NCBI GenBank assembly: GCA_043821645.1 | Contig: JBDRCO010000048.1 | Span: 1 to 30,169 of the forward strand | Reading direction: 5' to 3' | DNA from: Pseudomonadota bacterium | Lineage (GTDB): Bacteria; Myxococcota; JACRCW01; JAFGSX01 | Length of the DNA: 30,169 nt | In this document: in pieces, positions 1 to 9,515 of the stretch | How positions within the stretch are numbered: position 1 is the first letter of the stretch | How the letters are laid out: each line of letters starts with the position of its first letter | Notes under the pieces: generated by a model | Seen by the model: only the letters and a program-made list of their open reading frames with translations | The model's database searches: none | What the model was told of the DNA's origin: nothing | Position numbers and translations under genes: made by a program

Positions 1-681
1 GTGCTCGAGGGTCGCGCAACCAACCGTGAGATCGTGGTGGTGGGCGCCCACTACGACAGCGCTCCGGGCAGCCCCGGCGCCAACGACAACGCCACGGGCG
101 TGGCCACCGTCCTCGAGCTCGCGCGCCTGTTGCAGGACAGGCCTCGCCAGCGCGAGTTGCGGCTGGTGGCCTTCGTCAACGAGGAGCCCCCTTACTTTCA
201 GACCGAGAACATGGGGAGCCTGGTGTATGCCCGCGAGCTCGTCAGCCAGGGAGCGCCCGTCGTCGCCATGCTGACACCCGAGACACTGGGCTACTACAGC
301 GAGGCGCGGGGCAGTCAGCACTATCCGTTTCCCTTCGGCCTGCTCTACCCGGACACCGGCAACTTCGTCGGCTTCGTCGGCAACCTGGGTTCGCTCTCCC
401 TGGTCCGGCGTTGCGTTGGCAGCTTTCGCCATCACGCCGCTTTTCCGAGCGAAGGCGCCGCGGTGCCCGCATCCATCGAAGGGGTGGCCTGGTCTGACCA
501 CTGGGCGTTCTGGGAGCAGGGCGTGCCAGCGCTGATGGTCACGGACACCGCCCCGCATCGCGATCCCCACTACCACACGGCAGGGGACCGCCCGGATCAC
601 GTCGACACCGAGCGCCTCGCGCGCGTGGTACAGGGTCTCGCCGGAGTGGTTGACGATCTGCTCAACGATCGTCGTCGCTGA
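1..681 (+). CDS. M28 family metallopeptidase (aminopeptidase-like), 5'-truncated by the window edge
   Basis: Zinc-ligand motifs VVGAHYDS, GANDNATG, FVNEE, WSDH and YHTAGD occur in the canonical M28 order. The 3' end overlaps the convergent gene by 20 nt. Confidence 0.92.
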   Translation: MLEGRATNREIVVVGAHYDSAPGSPGANDNATGVATVLELARLLQDRPRQRELRLVAFVNEEPPYFQTENMGSLVYARELVSQGAPVVAMLTPETLGYYSEARGSQHYPFPFGLLYPDTGNFVGFVGNLGSLSLVRRCVGSFRHHAAFPSEGAAVPASIEGVAWSDHWAFWEQGVPALMVTDTAPHRDPHYHTAGDRPDHVDTERLARVVQGLAGVVDDLLNDRRR

Positions 682-2038
682 GCTGCGGCTTCTGCGCTGG
701 GTGCTTGCCCCTGCCGTCGTACAGCGGCCGTAAGAGTCGGACGTTGTCGAGGGCTCGCCAGGCCTCGCGCCGGATCGCGAGGTACTCAGCATCCGCGCGC
801 TGCTCCAGGCGCCGCCGCCCCATCTCGACGGTCTCGAAGGCGCCAAGCATGCCGCCAGTGGCGTCCTCCCACGTCGCGCTACGATCGAAGAAGTACAGCG
901 CCCTATCGACGAAGGACTCCCCGGTCTGGGTCTGCGTCGCCGCATAGCGCACGGCCGCTGTCACCTCGTAGACCCCCTGGGCCAGACCCCCGAGGGTCGC
1001 TGCCAGCACGGGACGGTGGCCGCGGCTCCACAGCTGGTACGCCACGTAGCCGCCGGACCAGAAGTGGTAGGGCGAGGAACGACGGTCACCAGGCCGGTAG
1101 GTGTGGGCCGGGTAGTGCAGCAGCATCTTGTCCTCGTCACCGAGGACACGCATGCGCAGCTGCTTCAGGCGCAGGAAAAGGATCTCCAGCTGCGCGGCCT
1201 GCACCGCATCCAGCAGGTAAACGTCGTAGATGTGAGGATAGTTGCGAAAGGCATAGGCGATGAGCCAGATCGCAAGTCCCGGATCGGCCTGGGTGGCGTC
1301 GAGGGCGAGGTCCTGCAAACGCGTGTGATCCTCGGGATCCTCCACGAAGCGCTGGTAGCGATCGATGAAGACCCGCAGCGCAGGCATGGCCCTCGCATCG
1401 GTCACCCCCTGCTGTCCGAGCCGGTAGCTCAGACCGTTGATCGCGTACTGCACGCGCGGGAAGGCGCTCTCGATATCCATGGCCTCGACGTAGTCATCGA
1501 GCAGCCGCACCAGCTCGTCCCTGGCGCTATCGTCGAGGACACCCAGGCCCATGACGGTCCCGCGCACCTCACGCCGCAGGCGGGCAAGCCGGGCGGGAAG
1601 CACCGGGCAGCGCTGCTTGATGGCGCGAATCTCGTCGTGATAGGCGCGCGCATGACGCTCCCACAGCCCGTCCAGATCTGCGCGCAGGGCCGGTACCAGG
1701 CGACCCGTCTGTTCCAGCTCGTCGGGGGTGAAGACATCCTGCGGCAGGTAGGCGAAGCGTGCTTCTGGCAGATCCTCGACGCGGCCGTGCTGCACCAAAC
1801 AGAAGCGCTTGAGTCCTCTCAGATGCAGGTCCGCGAAGACCAGGGCGCGAAGCCTCAGGGCCCGCTGTCCCGCCGCGCTGCGGGTCATCTCGAGCACGGC
1901 GTCCAGCGGTACGGCCGGGTCCAGAGCCGCGCGAAACATCACCTGGCCGAGCACTGCAGCCCTGGTATCCGGGGGCAATGGTGCGTCGCTGTCGTTCGGC
2001 AGCACGCCAAGTATCCCGAGGAGCACCGCTGTGATCAT
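662..2038 (-). CDS. Hypothetical protein (458 aa) with hydrophobic N-terminus and C-terminal YHFW motif domain
   Basis: Long ORF whose ATG overlaps the stop of the upstream gene (ATGA at 2035-2038), indicating translational coupling. N-terminus is MITAVLLGILGVL. Confidence 0.75.
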   Translation of the reverse strand: MITAVLLGILGVLPNDSDAPLPPDTRAAVLGQVMFRAALDPAVPLDAVLEMTRSAAGQRALRLRALVFADLHLRGLKRFCLVQHGRVEDLPEARFAYLPQDVFTPDELEQTGRLVPALRADLDGLWERHARAYHDEIRAIKQRCPVLPARLARLRREVRGTVMGLGVLDDSARDELVRLLDDYVEAMDIESAFPRVQYAINGLSYRLGQQGVTDARAMPALRVFIDRYQRFVEDPEDHTRLQDLALDATQADPGLAIWLIAYAFRNYPHIYDVYLLDAVQAAQLEILFLRLKQLRMRVLGDEDKMLLHYPAHTYRPGDRRSSPYHFWSGGYVAYQLWSRGHRPVLAATLGGLAQGVYEVTAAVRYAATQTQTGESFVDRALYFFDRSATWEDATGGMLGAFETVEMGRRRLEQRADAEYLAIRREAWRALDNVRLLRPLYDGRGKHPAQKPQLSDDDR

Positions 2039-3900
2039 GGTTCGTGATCTCTATGGCAGATCATATATCCAAAGTCCGCGCCCTGCTGGTGCAGCGTGAT
2101 CGCAGCCTCATTTTCATCGAACACGAGGCCAAGGTCTCCGTCGTGAAATGCCTGGTAGGATAAATACATGGGCGTCATCAGTCGCCGGTAGTGGCGTCCC
2201 ACGATCCGGCTAGCCCCGAGCACAGCGTCTTGACCAACCCCCTGCCGCGCCAGGCGGCATGCGATCCAGGCCTCGGTCCAGTAGTGATAGCTCTTGAGCA
2301 GCGGCGGTTCCCGCCGCAGGGCGGTGTTCGCGTCGACAGAAATGTGGTGACCCCACTGCTTTAGAGACCTCATGTCCGCGCGCTGGAGCTCGAAGTGAAT
2401 CATGGCTCCCCAGAAGAAGAGCGGAGCCACCAGATCGAGCCGTCCGTCATCGATCAGGGCCGGCGCCAGGTCGTACAAGGCGTAAAAGCGGTTGGAAGCG
2501 TAGCCTCCGAGGATCTGAAGCGTCTGTTCGACGAGTGCGGGATGTGCACCGACGAGATCTGGGAGGCGCTGACCTGGAACGACCCCGACCTGATCGTGCG
2601 AAGCGCCACAGGACGCGTCCACCGGCGCGGGAGCACAGTCCGTGCAGATCGCGCCATAGATCGCTGGCGCCAGGCAGCCCAGGGCAGGATCCGCGAGACG
2701 AATGAGTTCGGACGCAAATACCGGCTGATCCGCCTGACGTGGCTGTAACCAGTAAAGCGCCTGCCAGGCAGCTGCCCGCGTGTTGCTGTCATACCCGAGC
2801 GTCTCGCCCAGAAACACCACGTCGTGAACGAGAGGAAGGGCTGCGCCCAGCGTCGCCTGGACCCTGTCCTCTGTGGCCAGGACAGGCCCAGGCCCTGGCA
2901 CCTGCAACAGCAGCCCGTCGAGGGCGCGCGCAAAGGCCAGGGCGAGGATCTGCTGGCGTGCTGTGAGCGCCGCCACGCTGAGCACGCCAAGGGGATCCCG
3001 GCGCACCGCCTGGGCCTCGTAGAGCGCAATGTCGAGGAGCAGGCCGATGTCGAACAGTGCCCAGCTCTTATCGTGCGTCTGGCTCGCGATACACAGCAGA
3101 GTCTCGTGCAGTGCGACGGGCCGACCCGCATGCAGCGACAGGTACTGCCCCAGCCGGGCCAACTCGCGTTCCCACTGCCGCTTGCGCAGGTACTCCTCGA
3201 CTTGCATGTAGGAGTGACGACGGGACAGAGAACGGGCAAAGGCACCCTGCAGCATCCAGTGCCGGGCCGTGGCGTCCTGCGGGCAAAAGGCGGGTACAGC
3301 GCGCTCGAAGTCCGCGTCGAAGCGGCGCAGCCAGGGCCGCTGGCGACGGGCTTGCTGGGCGTACACGAAGGGGCTCCCCACACGCAGTGAGGCGTCGAGC
3401 AGATCCGACAGGGCCAGCAGGTCTGCCGTCGTGAACAGCAGCTCGACACCAGGAATCGCCGTGTGATGCGTTTCCAGATAGACCGTGCGCAGTCCTGACC
3501 TCCAGGGCGTTTCCTGGGTGGCAACGGCCTCTCGTCGAGCCTGTCGCCAGGCCGTTTCGTCGTCGAGACAACGAAGGTCTGAGCCGACGACAAGCGCGAA
3601 ACGAGCTCCCAGGCACTGCGCCTGGGCCAGGCGGTCTCCGACAGCGGTTCCGAGGTCGAAGCGAACCACGAGCTGGATACCTGGCCGAGAGCGCACAGAG
3701 TTGAAGACGCCGCGCAGATCCCGCAGTGCCTCGTCCGCCCCGAGGACCAGACCGAGATCGCCGGCAAGCAGGGCACGACCTGCCTTTGCGCGCTCGGCCA
3801 GCAGCACGGCCCGCAGGTCGAGCCCCGGCGTCGAGGCCATCAACCCGAAGAGCAGCGGACATCCCAGACAGAGCGCGATGCGATGAGCTCGTCGATGCAC
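2035..3900 (-). CDS. Hypothetical exported/membrane-anchored protein (621 aa) with C-terminal YHYW motif domain
   Basis: Longest ORF in the region, GTG start. Basic-then-hydrophobic N-terminus (MHRRAHRIALCLGCPLLFGLMAS). ATGA-coupled to the downstream gene. Confidence 0.72.
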   Translation of the reverse strand: MHRRAHRIALCLGCPLLFGLMASTPGLDLRAVLLAERAKAGRALLAGDLGLVLGADEALRDLRGVFNSVRSRPGIQLVVRFDLGTAVGDRLAQAQCLGARFALVVGSDLRCLDDETAWRQARREAVATQETPWRSGLRTVYLETHHTAIPGVELLFTTADLLALSDLLDASLRVGSPFVYAQQARRQRPWLRRFDADFERAVPAFCPQDATARHWMLQGAFARSLSRRHSYMQVEEYLRKRQWERELARLGQYLSLHAGRPVALHETLLCIASQTHDKSWALFDIGLLLDIALYEAQAVRRDPLGVLSVAALTARQQILALAFARALDGLLLQVPGPGPVLATEDRVQATLGAALPLVHDVVFLGETLGYDSNTRAAAWQALYWLQPRQADQPVFASELIRLADPALGCLAPAIYGAICTDCAPAPVDASCGASHDQVGVVPGQRLPDLVGAHPALVEQTLQILGGYASNRFYALYDLAPALIDDGRLDLVAPLFFWGAMIHFELQRADMRSLKQWGHHISVDANTALRREPPLLKSYHYWTEAWIACRLARQGVGQDAVLGASRIVGRHYRRLMTPMYLSYQAFHDGDLGLVFDENEAAITLHQQGADFGYMICHRDHEP

Positions 3901-4028
3901 CTAGCTTGCCTCTATTCGCGTCGCGGGCGAAAGCCCTCGATCGACCCGCAGCGATGCACTATATCCCAGGTGGTGCACCTTGACGCCGCGCACAGGTCCA
4001 CGGGGGACTCTCTGTCGGGAGCTGGCTC

Positions 4029-5102
4029 ATGGCCGTGACCGTTTATCGTTGCCCCTCGTGTCAAAAGATTTACGACTTCACGGTCTTCGTGTGCCCGGAC
4101 TGCGAAGCCATCGTCAACCACACCTTGATCGAGTCTGCGCCAAAGCCACCCAAGGAGCCCACGGTCATCCGGCGCATGCTGTCTCCGACGGACGCGGGAC
4201 TCGAGAAGCCTGAGGCGACCTATCCGGGCAAGGAACCCGTACCGAAGCGCACGGAGGTCACCTCGCCGACCGTGGTCATGCCCTATCCCGAGCCCCGGGA
4301 CGGCGTGCCCAGCCTGCGCACCGACATCGACCTCAGGGATCTTCAGTTGACCGTGTACGAGGCCTTCGTGGTCTCTCGCGTCGACGGCAGCACGACCGTT
4401 GATGCTCTGCGCAGCGAACTGGGCCTGTCCAAGCTCGAGATCAGCGTGGTCCTGGGGACGCTCAAGGAGAAGGGCATCGTCCACGTGCACGAACCCACCA
4501 CGGGTCCAAAGTCAGCGCCGCCCCGTGCTTCGCAGGTCCCGACCCTGGATCCCGCATTCCTGACTCCTCTGGCCGAGGAGCCGAACCCCGCGCCTGCATC
4601 TGTTCCACCTCCGAGGGCTGCCAGCACGAGCGAGCCCCCACCCCCGGCGTCGCGGCCCACGCTGCGCCCCGTGCCCCCACCTGCACGTCGAGCCACCGCA
4701 CCCAAGCGCAAGCTGGTGCTGGGTGCACCGGGCACAGAGCGCCTGGACGGCGCGGGGCCCGCCGGGTTCGAAATGCTGCCGAAACGCGAGTCCGTGGCGG
4801 CTCCCGAGGGGCCCCTGCAGGAAGCCATCCGGCTGGAGAAGTTCGGCGACCTTGCCGGCGCCATCCGGGTCCTCGAGAAGGCCATCACGTCGTCAAGAGC
4901 ACCTGCGGCCCTTTACAACAGGCTGGCCATCGCGTTGGTCAAGGAGAAGCGCGACTACTTCAGAGCCGAAGAACTGCTGAACAAGGCCCTTGCCCTCGAG
5001 CCAGGCAACTCGTCCTACTCCAACAACCTGGCCAAGGTCCTGATGATGATCGCGTCGTACAGCGGTCTGGTGCCTATCCCCGACGACGTCAAGAAGTGGT
5101 AA
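4029..5102 (+). CDS. Zinc-ribbon / winged-helix-like / TPR protein
   Basis: N-terminal CPSC...CPDC, then YEAFVVSRVDGSTTVDALRSELGLSKLEISVVLGTLKEKGIV (wHTH-like), a Pro-rich linker and C-terminal TPR helices (ALYNRLAIAL...KALALEPGNSSYSNNLA). RBS GGGAG upstream. Confidence 0.8.
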   Translation: MAVTVYRCPSCQKIYDFTVFVCPDCEAIVNHTLIESAPKPPKEPTVIRRMLSPTDAGLEKPEATYPGKEPVPKRTEVTSPTVVMPYPEPRDGVPSLRTDIDLRDLQLTVYEAFVVSRVDGSTTVDALRSELGLSKLEISVVLGTLKEKGIVHVHEPTTGPKSAPPRASQVPTLDPAFLTPLAEEPNPAPASVPPPRAASTSEPPPPASRPTLRPVPPPARRATAPKRKLVLGAPGTERLDGAGPAGFEMLPKRESVAAPEGPLQEAIRLEKFGDLAGAIRVLEKAITSSRAPAALYNRLAIALVKEKRDYFRAEELLNKALALEPGNSSYSNNLAKVLMMIASYSGLVPIPDDVKKW

Positions 5103-5123
5103 CGCGAGCCGTCTGGCACCCGC

Positions 5124-8100
5124 TCAGCGGCCGAACAGACCCTTGGCCTTCTTGGCCGCATCCTTCTTGGCCTTCTCTGCTGCCGCCTTGGCCTTCTTCT
5201 CGGCTTCCTTCTTCTTCTTGTCGGCCTCGGCCTTGATCTTTGCCTCGGCCTCCTTCTTCTGCTTCTCGGCGAGGTTCTTCGCCGCGTCGGCCTGCTTGCG
5301 GGCCTCGGCCTCGGCCATCTTCTTGGCCTCGTCAGCCTTCTTGCGTGCCTCGGCTTCGGCTTGAGCCTTGGCCTTGTTCGCAGCGGCCTCGGCCTGCTTC
5401 TTGGCATCATCGATCTTGGCGTCGACCTGGCCCTTGGCGTCGTCGATGAGCCCGGTCACGCTGCCGCCCAGGATCGACGAGGCGAGCCCCTGCACGTCGA
5501 TGCCCGTCACCCGGGGCTTGTCCCAGGTGCCACCGATCTTGAGCGGCACGGCCAGGGGCTTCTGCACCAGATTCTTGCCCAGAGCTGCGTTGATCACCGC
5601 TGGCGCCAGGAAGGCCGTTCCCGTCAGATCCAGGGTCCTGTCCAGGGCACCGCCGCCCGACAGCTCGAGCTCACCAAAGCCCGTCTTGCTCCGCACGGGC
5701 TTCTTGAGCGAGAACTTCCCCTTGGCGAAGCGCAGCCAGGCGCTGAGGTCGCGCAGGGTGGTGCCGCCGGGGTCCAGCTTGAAGCCCTTGTAGCCCTTGA
5801 ATCCGCTCTTCGCGAGGACGGCCTTGAGGGGCGTACCGATGGGGCCGAGCACATCCAGGGACTTGATGGTAAGGGCCTCGGTGTTGAAATCCACGGGGCC
5901 ATCCAGGCTGGTGGTGAGGTCGTCGAGCGACAGTCCGCGCCCCGTGACGTCGATGTTTTGATCCACCAGTCCACTGAACACCTGCCCCATCGAGGTGTGC
6001 GCGGCCAGTGCCTGCCCCAGGTCGACATGCGTGGTCTTGAACTTGAGGGTGTAGCCGGTGTAACTGGCCGGCAGATCAAAGCGCGAACCCGCCGCCGAGA
6101 TTCGGCCTCCGTAGATATCGAAGTCCAGCGCCTCGAAGGTGACCACGCCATTGACCATGGTCAGCTTGCCCACGAAGTTCTTGCAGTCCATCCCCTTGAA
6201 CCGGGCCTGGCCAATGCGCAGGGCCCCCTGGCCGCTCACCGTGGCCAGCAGCTCGCGGGTAGACGCCGACAGGCCGTGCGGGTTGTCGTCGGCCGTCGAG
6301 GAGTCCTTGCCCGCAGGCTTGGCTTCTGCCGCATCCTCCTCGCCAAGCAGCTCGTCGATGTTGAGGTAGGGGCTCTGGATGTCGAAGCGAAAGTTCGGGC
6401 GCTGCAGGTTGGTGATGCCCAGGGTGCCCTGGATGCGCGCCTTGTCGTAGACGAGCTGGTCGATGCGCACGTCGGCGACGATGGTCGAGGTGTCGTCAGG
6501 ATTGCCCTTGAAGGTGGCGCCACCCTTGAAGGAGCCGCCGGCAGGTAGCGAGGAGGCACCAGGCACCGTGCGTCGAATATCATCGAAGGCCACGTCGAGC
6601 CTGGGCACGTTCACGTCGAGCGCCGGGCTCGTGCCGTCCAGACCGCTGGCACCGCCCGTGGCCGAGATGGAGGTCGAATTGAGCGTGAGGTTGGCGCGCT
6701 GGATATCCGCACGTGCCGGGGTCTTGAGCATCGCCAGGTCGAGCTTGAGAGGCATACCTGCCGGTTTGTCCAGCACCTTGCTGCCGTCGTCACCGGTGCT
6801 CTGCAGAGCCAGGCCGTCGAGGTCTGTCTTCACCGCCAGGCTCAGATTCTCGCCCTGGGGTTGAACCTGGGCATCGATGAGCCCGCTTCCGCGAGCACTG
6901 AAACCGCTGAGGTTGACGTCGAGATCGCTGAGCTTGACGCTGGCCTGGGCCTGCTGCTTGTCGCCCTGGGCGCTCGCCCGGGCCACGATCTCGAAGCTGC
7001 CGTCGACCTTCTTGCCGCCACCGAGGGCCTCGGCCACCGCGGGCAACAGCTCCTTGAGGGAGGCCACGCGGATCGGTCCGGTCTTGAGATCCGCGGTCAT
7101 CGGCGCGCCAGCCGCCGTCCCCAGGCTCAGCGACCCCGTGAGGCGGGCCGTGTCCACCGCGAGCTGGAAAGCTGGCACATCGAGCCTGTCGCCTGTTCGC
7201 TTGCCGGCAAGCTTGAGGTTGAGCGCGCTCCCGGCCTTCTTGTCGAAGGCGTCGGCCCAGGCCACGTGGGCCCGGTCGAGGTCGAGGCCAATGTCCACGG
7301 CACTGGCGTTGCCGTTGACCTGGGCCTGGATGGGTCCGGCCAGGGTGAGCTCGGCGGGCAACAGTGCACTCTTCGACGGCACCACGGCCACCACCCGCGC
7401 CAGGTCCTGCACCAGCAGCTTGAGGTCGGCGTTGACGAGGCCGGTGGGGCTCAGGCTTCGCGCGTCGAGGGTACCGCGGAGATCGACGCCGGTGCCGGTG
7501 ACAGCGAGGCTCCGGATCTGGTAGCTCGGCGCCTCGAGGTCCACCCGCGCGTCGAGCTGGACGTCGAGGTCGAGGCTCTTGCCCTGCACACCACCCTGGT
7601 GCAGCACCACACCAGCAGCCTGGATCGTGCCTGTCGAGGCGAGGAGCTTGAGATCCCGTGAGGCCTCGACCTTGAGATCGAGGGACAGCTGGCCCGCGGC
7701 GGGTGCCAGGGCGTCGGCAGGGAGCAGTCCGCCCCAGGGCCCCAGCGCCAGGGTTCCCAGGACCAGGGCCGCCTGAAGGTCGGGCATGGGTGAAAACGAC
7801 AGGTCCTTGCGCAGCTCGGACAGAGTCACCTGGAGCGAGATGGGGCTGCGGCTGGTCCCATCCTCGAGCACGGCGCGCAACGACAGCGCGATGGGCGCGC
7901 CCAGGCGAATGTCGCGAAGCTCGATGAAGAGATCGCTCACTGCCAGCGGACGCCCCAGGCTGGCGTCATCGATCTCGATGCGCGCCCCCTCGATGGCCAC
8001 CCGCTCTACACGCGCACCCTCGAGAGCCGTCAGATCCGCAGGTGTGTCCTCTGCCGGCGCGGGCGCGTGCTCGGCCGAGCCCGACGCCATGTGGTCCAGC

Positions 8101-8498
8101 ACGTCCTGAAAATTCCAGATCCCTTGCTTGTCCCGGGCCACGCGCAGGGTGAGCCCCTTGAGGGAGATCTCACGCACGGTCAGCTTCTTGCCCAGGGACA
8201 GGATGGCGTCGAGCAGATCGACGCGCACCTCGACCGACCCCAGAGCGAGCTGGTCCGCGGTGGAGCCTTGCGGGCCGGCCAGGGCGATGCCTTGCAGGCG
8301 AGCCTCGAGCCGCGGCAACACCGTGCTCGTCACCTCGCCCAGCTTGACCTGGCGCCCCAGCTTCTCGCTCACCAGGGTCGCGATGCGATCCTTGTGCGCG
8401 TTGATCAGAGCGTCGGGCTTGATCAGCAGCAGGGCCGCGCCGGCCACGAGCACGAGCAGACCAAGCACGATGGCGAGGGCGAGGACGAGCTTCTTCAT
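5124..8498 (-). CDS. AsmA family protein (bridge-like lipid transfer protein) with Lys/Ala-rich C-terminal tail
   Basis: Start MKKLVLALAIVLGLLVLV at 8498 after GGAGA. AsmA N-terminal signatures (SEKLGRQVKLG, RDKQGIWNFQD), a long beta-strand-rich body and the C-terminal VPLKIGGTWDKP motif. Confidence 0.88.
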   Translation of the reverse strand: MKKLVLALAIVLGLLVLVAGAALLLIKPDALINAHKDRIATLVSEKLGRQVKLGEVTSTVLPRLEARLQGIALAGPQGSTADQLALGSVEVRVDLLDAILSLGKKLTVREISLKGLTLRVARDKQGIWNFQDVLDHMASGSAEHAPAPAEDTPADLTALEGARVERVAIEGARIEIDDASLGRPLAVSDLFIELRDIRLGAPIALSLRAVLEDGTSRSPISLQVTLSELRKDLSFSPMPDLQAALVLGTLALGPWGGLLPADALAPAAGQLSLDLKVEASRDLKLLASTGTIQAAGVVLHQGGVQGKSLDLDVQLDARVDLEAPSYQIRSLAVTGTGVDLRGTLDARSLSPTGLVNADLKLLVQDLARVVAVVPSKSALLPAELTLAGPIQAQVNGNASAVDIGLDLDRAHVAWADAFDKKAGSALNLKLAGKRTGDRLDVPAFQLAVDTARLTGSLSLGTAAGAPMTADLKTGPIRVASLKELLPAVAEALGGGKKVDGSFEIVARASAQGDKQQAQASVKLSDLDVNLSGFSARGSGLIDAQVQPQGENLSLAVKTDLDGLALQSTGDDGSKVLDKPAGMPLKLDLAMLKTPARADIQRANLTLNSTSISATGGASGLDGTSPALDVNVPRLDVAFDDIRRTVPGASSLPAGGSFKGGATFKGNPDDTSTIVADVRIDQLVYDKARIQGTLGITNLQRPNFRFDIQSPYLNIDELLGEEDAAEAKPAGKDSSTADDNPHGLSASTRELLATVSGQGALRIGQARFKGMDCKNFVGKLTMVNGVVTFEALDFDIYGGRISAAGSRFDLPASYTGYTLKFKTTHVDLGQALAAHTSMGQVFSGLVDQNIDVTGRGLSLDDLTTSLDGPVDFNTEALTIKSLDVLGPIGTPLKAVLAKSGFKGYKGFKLDPGGTTLRDLSAWLRFAKGKFSLKKPVRSKTGFGELELSGGGALDRTLDLTGTAFLAPAVINAALGKNLVQKPLAVPLKIGGTWDKPRVTGIDVQGLASSILGGSVTGLIDDAKGQVDAKIDDAKKQAEAAANKAKAQAEAEARKKADEAKKMAEAEARKQADAAKNLAEKQKKEAEAKIKAEADKKKKEAEKKAKAAAEKAKKDAAKKAKGLFGR
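5127..5430 (-). repeat. Low-complexity Lys/Ala/Glu helical repeat (AEAEARKKADEAKK-type) inside the AsmA C-terminus
   Basis: The translation shows repeated AEAEARK[KQ]AD and AKK/AEK units. Confidence 0.8.
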
Positions 8499-8669
8499 GA
8501 GAGGTCTCCCGCAGGGGGGCGTGCACAAGGGCAGGACCCCGGAATGCCCGGCATGCTAGATCGTCACAGAGGGCGCGTCATCCGTGGACCCAAGGCGTGG
8601 ATGCGGAGACGTGAGGCCGGACCCGGCGACAGGTCCGGAACCTGCAACCCGCCAGGTCGCGAGGTTCCC

Positions 8670-9401
8670 ATGCGAGCGTGGCTGTTCGAGAGGCGTCTGA
8701 CCGTCATGCTGCTGGCCTTCGCTGTGGCCCTGGCCGGCGCGAGCACGCAAAAGCTGTGGACCTCGGCCGAGGCACACTGGACGCGACCACTGCTTCGCCT
8801 CGTCGAGGGGGAGGCGTGGTCCGCTGCGGTCCTGGTCGTCACGGGGTTGCTGTGTGTGCTGGCCTTTGCGTTGCGCACCGCGGCCGAGGCCAGGCTGCGC
8901 GCGGTGGTCTATGGCCAGGGACAGGTCCAGGGTCTCGTCGTGGACGGGCCCTTTGCCTGGCTGCGCAACCCGCTGTACCTGGGCACCTGGTTGTTCTTCT
9001 CCGGCGCCACCCTGCTGTGGCTGCCCCTGTTCGCGGCCCTGCTGCTCTGTGCGCTGTTTGGATTCACCCTCGATGCCATCGTGCACCACGAGGAGGGTCT
9101 GCTCGCGACCCAGCACGGCGAGGCCTACGCTCGCTACTGCGCGCGAGTGTCGCGGTGGAGCCCCTGGCCACGGCGCGCGCCTGGCACGGTCACCCCCGGC
9201 GCATCCGCATGGCTGTGGGCGAGCCTGGGAAACCTCGGACTGCTCAGCCTGGGCCTGTTCCGCATCACCGTGGCCCTGGGTGCTGATCCCCGGCCTGCCG
9301 GCGCGCTCAACCTGTTCTGCATTGGCCTCTGGCTCGGCGTGATCGCCTGGAGACGGGTGCAGGCAGTTCGGCTTGAGCGAAGACAAGGGTCCGTGAATTG
9401 A
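8670..9401 (+). CDS. Isoprenylcysteine carboxyl methyltransferase / PEMT-like integral membrane methyltransferase
   Basis: LVVDGPFAWLRNPLYLG and HEEGLLATQHGEAYARYCARVSRW are the ICMT/Ste14-family motifs. Several TM helices. ATG at 8670 follows GAGG; the longer ORF from 8067 overlaps asmA. Confidence 0.85.
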   Translation: MRAWLFERRLTVMLLAFAVALAGASTQKLWTSAEAHWTRPLLRLVEGEAWSAAVLVVTGLLCVLAFALRTAAEARLRAVVYGQGQVQGLVVDGPFAWLRNPLYLGTWLFFSGATLLWLPLFAALLLCALFGFTLDAIVHHEEGLLATQHGEAYARYCARVSRWSPWPRRAPGTVTPGASAWLWASLGNLGLLSLGLFRITVALGADPRPAGALNLFCIGLWLGVIAWRRVQAVRLERRQGSVN

Positions 9402-9515
9402 GACGAATCCTGATTTTCCGTGCGACCTTTGACCGTCCGTGGCGTCCCCAAAGCAGACGAGACGAGCCTCGACGCCAGCATGGGGGGCTGGTTCGCAATG
9501 ACTGAGGAGTGTGCG

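Noticed and set aside
2454-3776. Alternative-frame 440-aa ORF inside the 621-aa gene
   Set aside because: Arg/Ser/Cys/Pro-rich composition typical of off-frame high-GC translation; the 621-aa frame has the coupling and the shared motif.
5127-5430. CRISPR or DNA tandem repeat; separate tolA gene
   Set aside because: The repeats are degenerate codon-level Lys/Ala repeats in frame with asmA, with no spacers.
8067-8669. N-terminal extensions given by the ORF track (also 9420, 12166, 14505, 24777, 26380)
   Set aside because: They overlap neighbouring genes or lack an RBS; downstream ATGs have clear RBSs and signal or TM starts.
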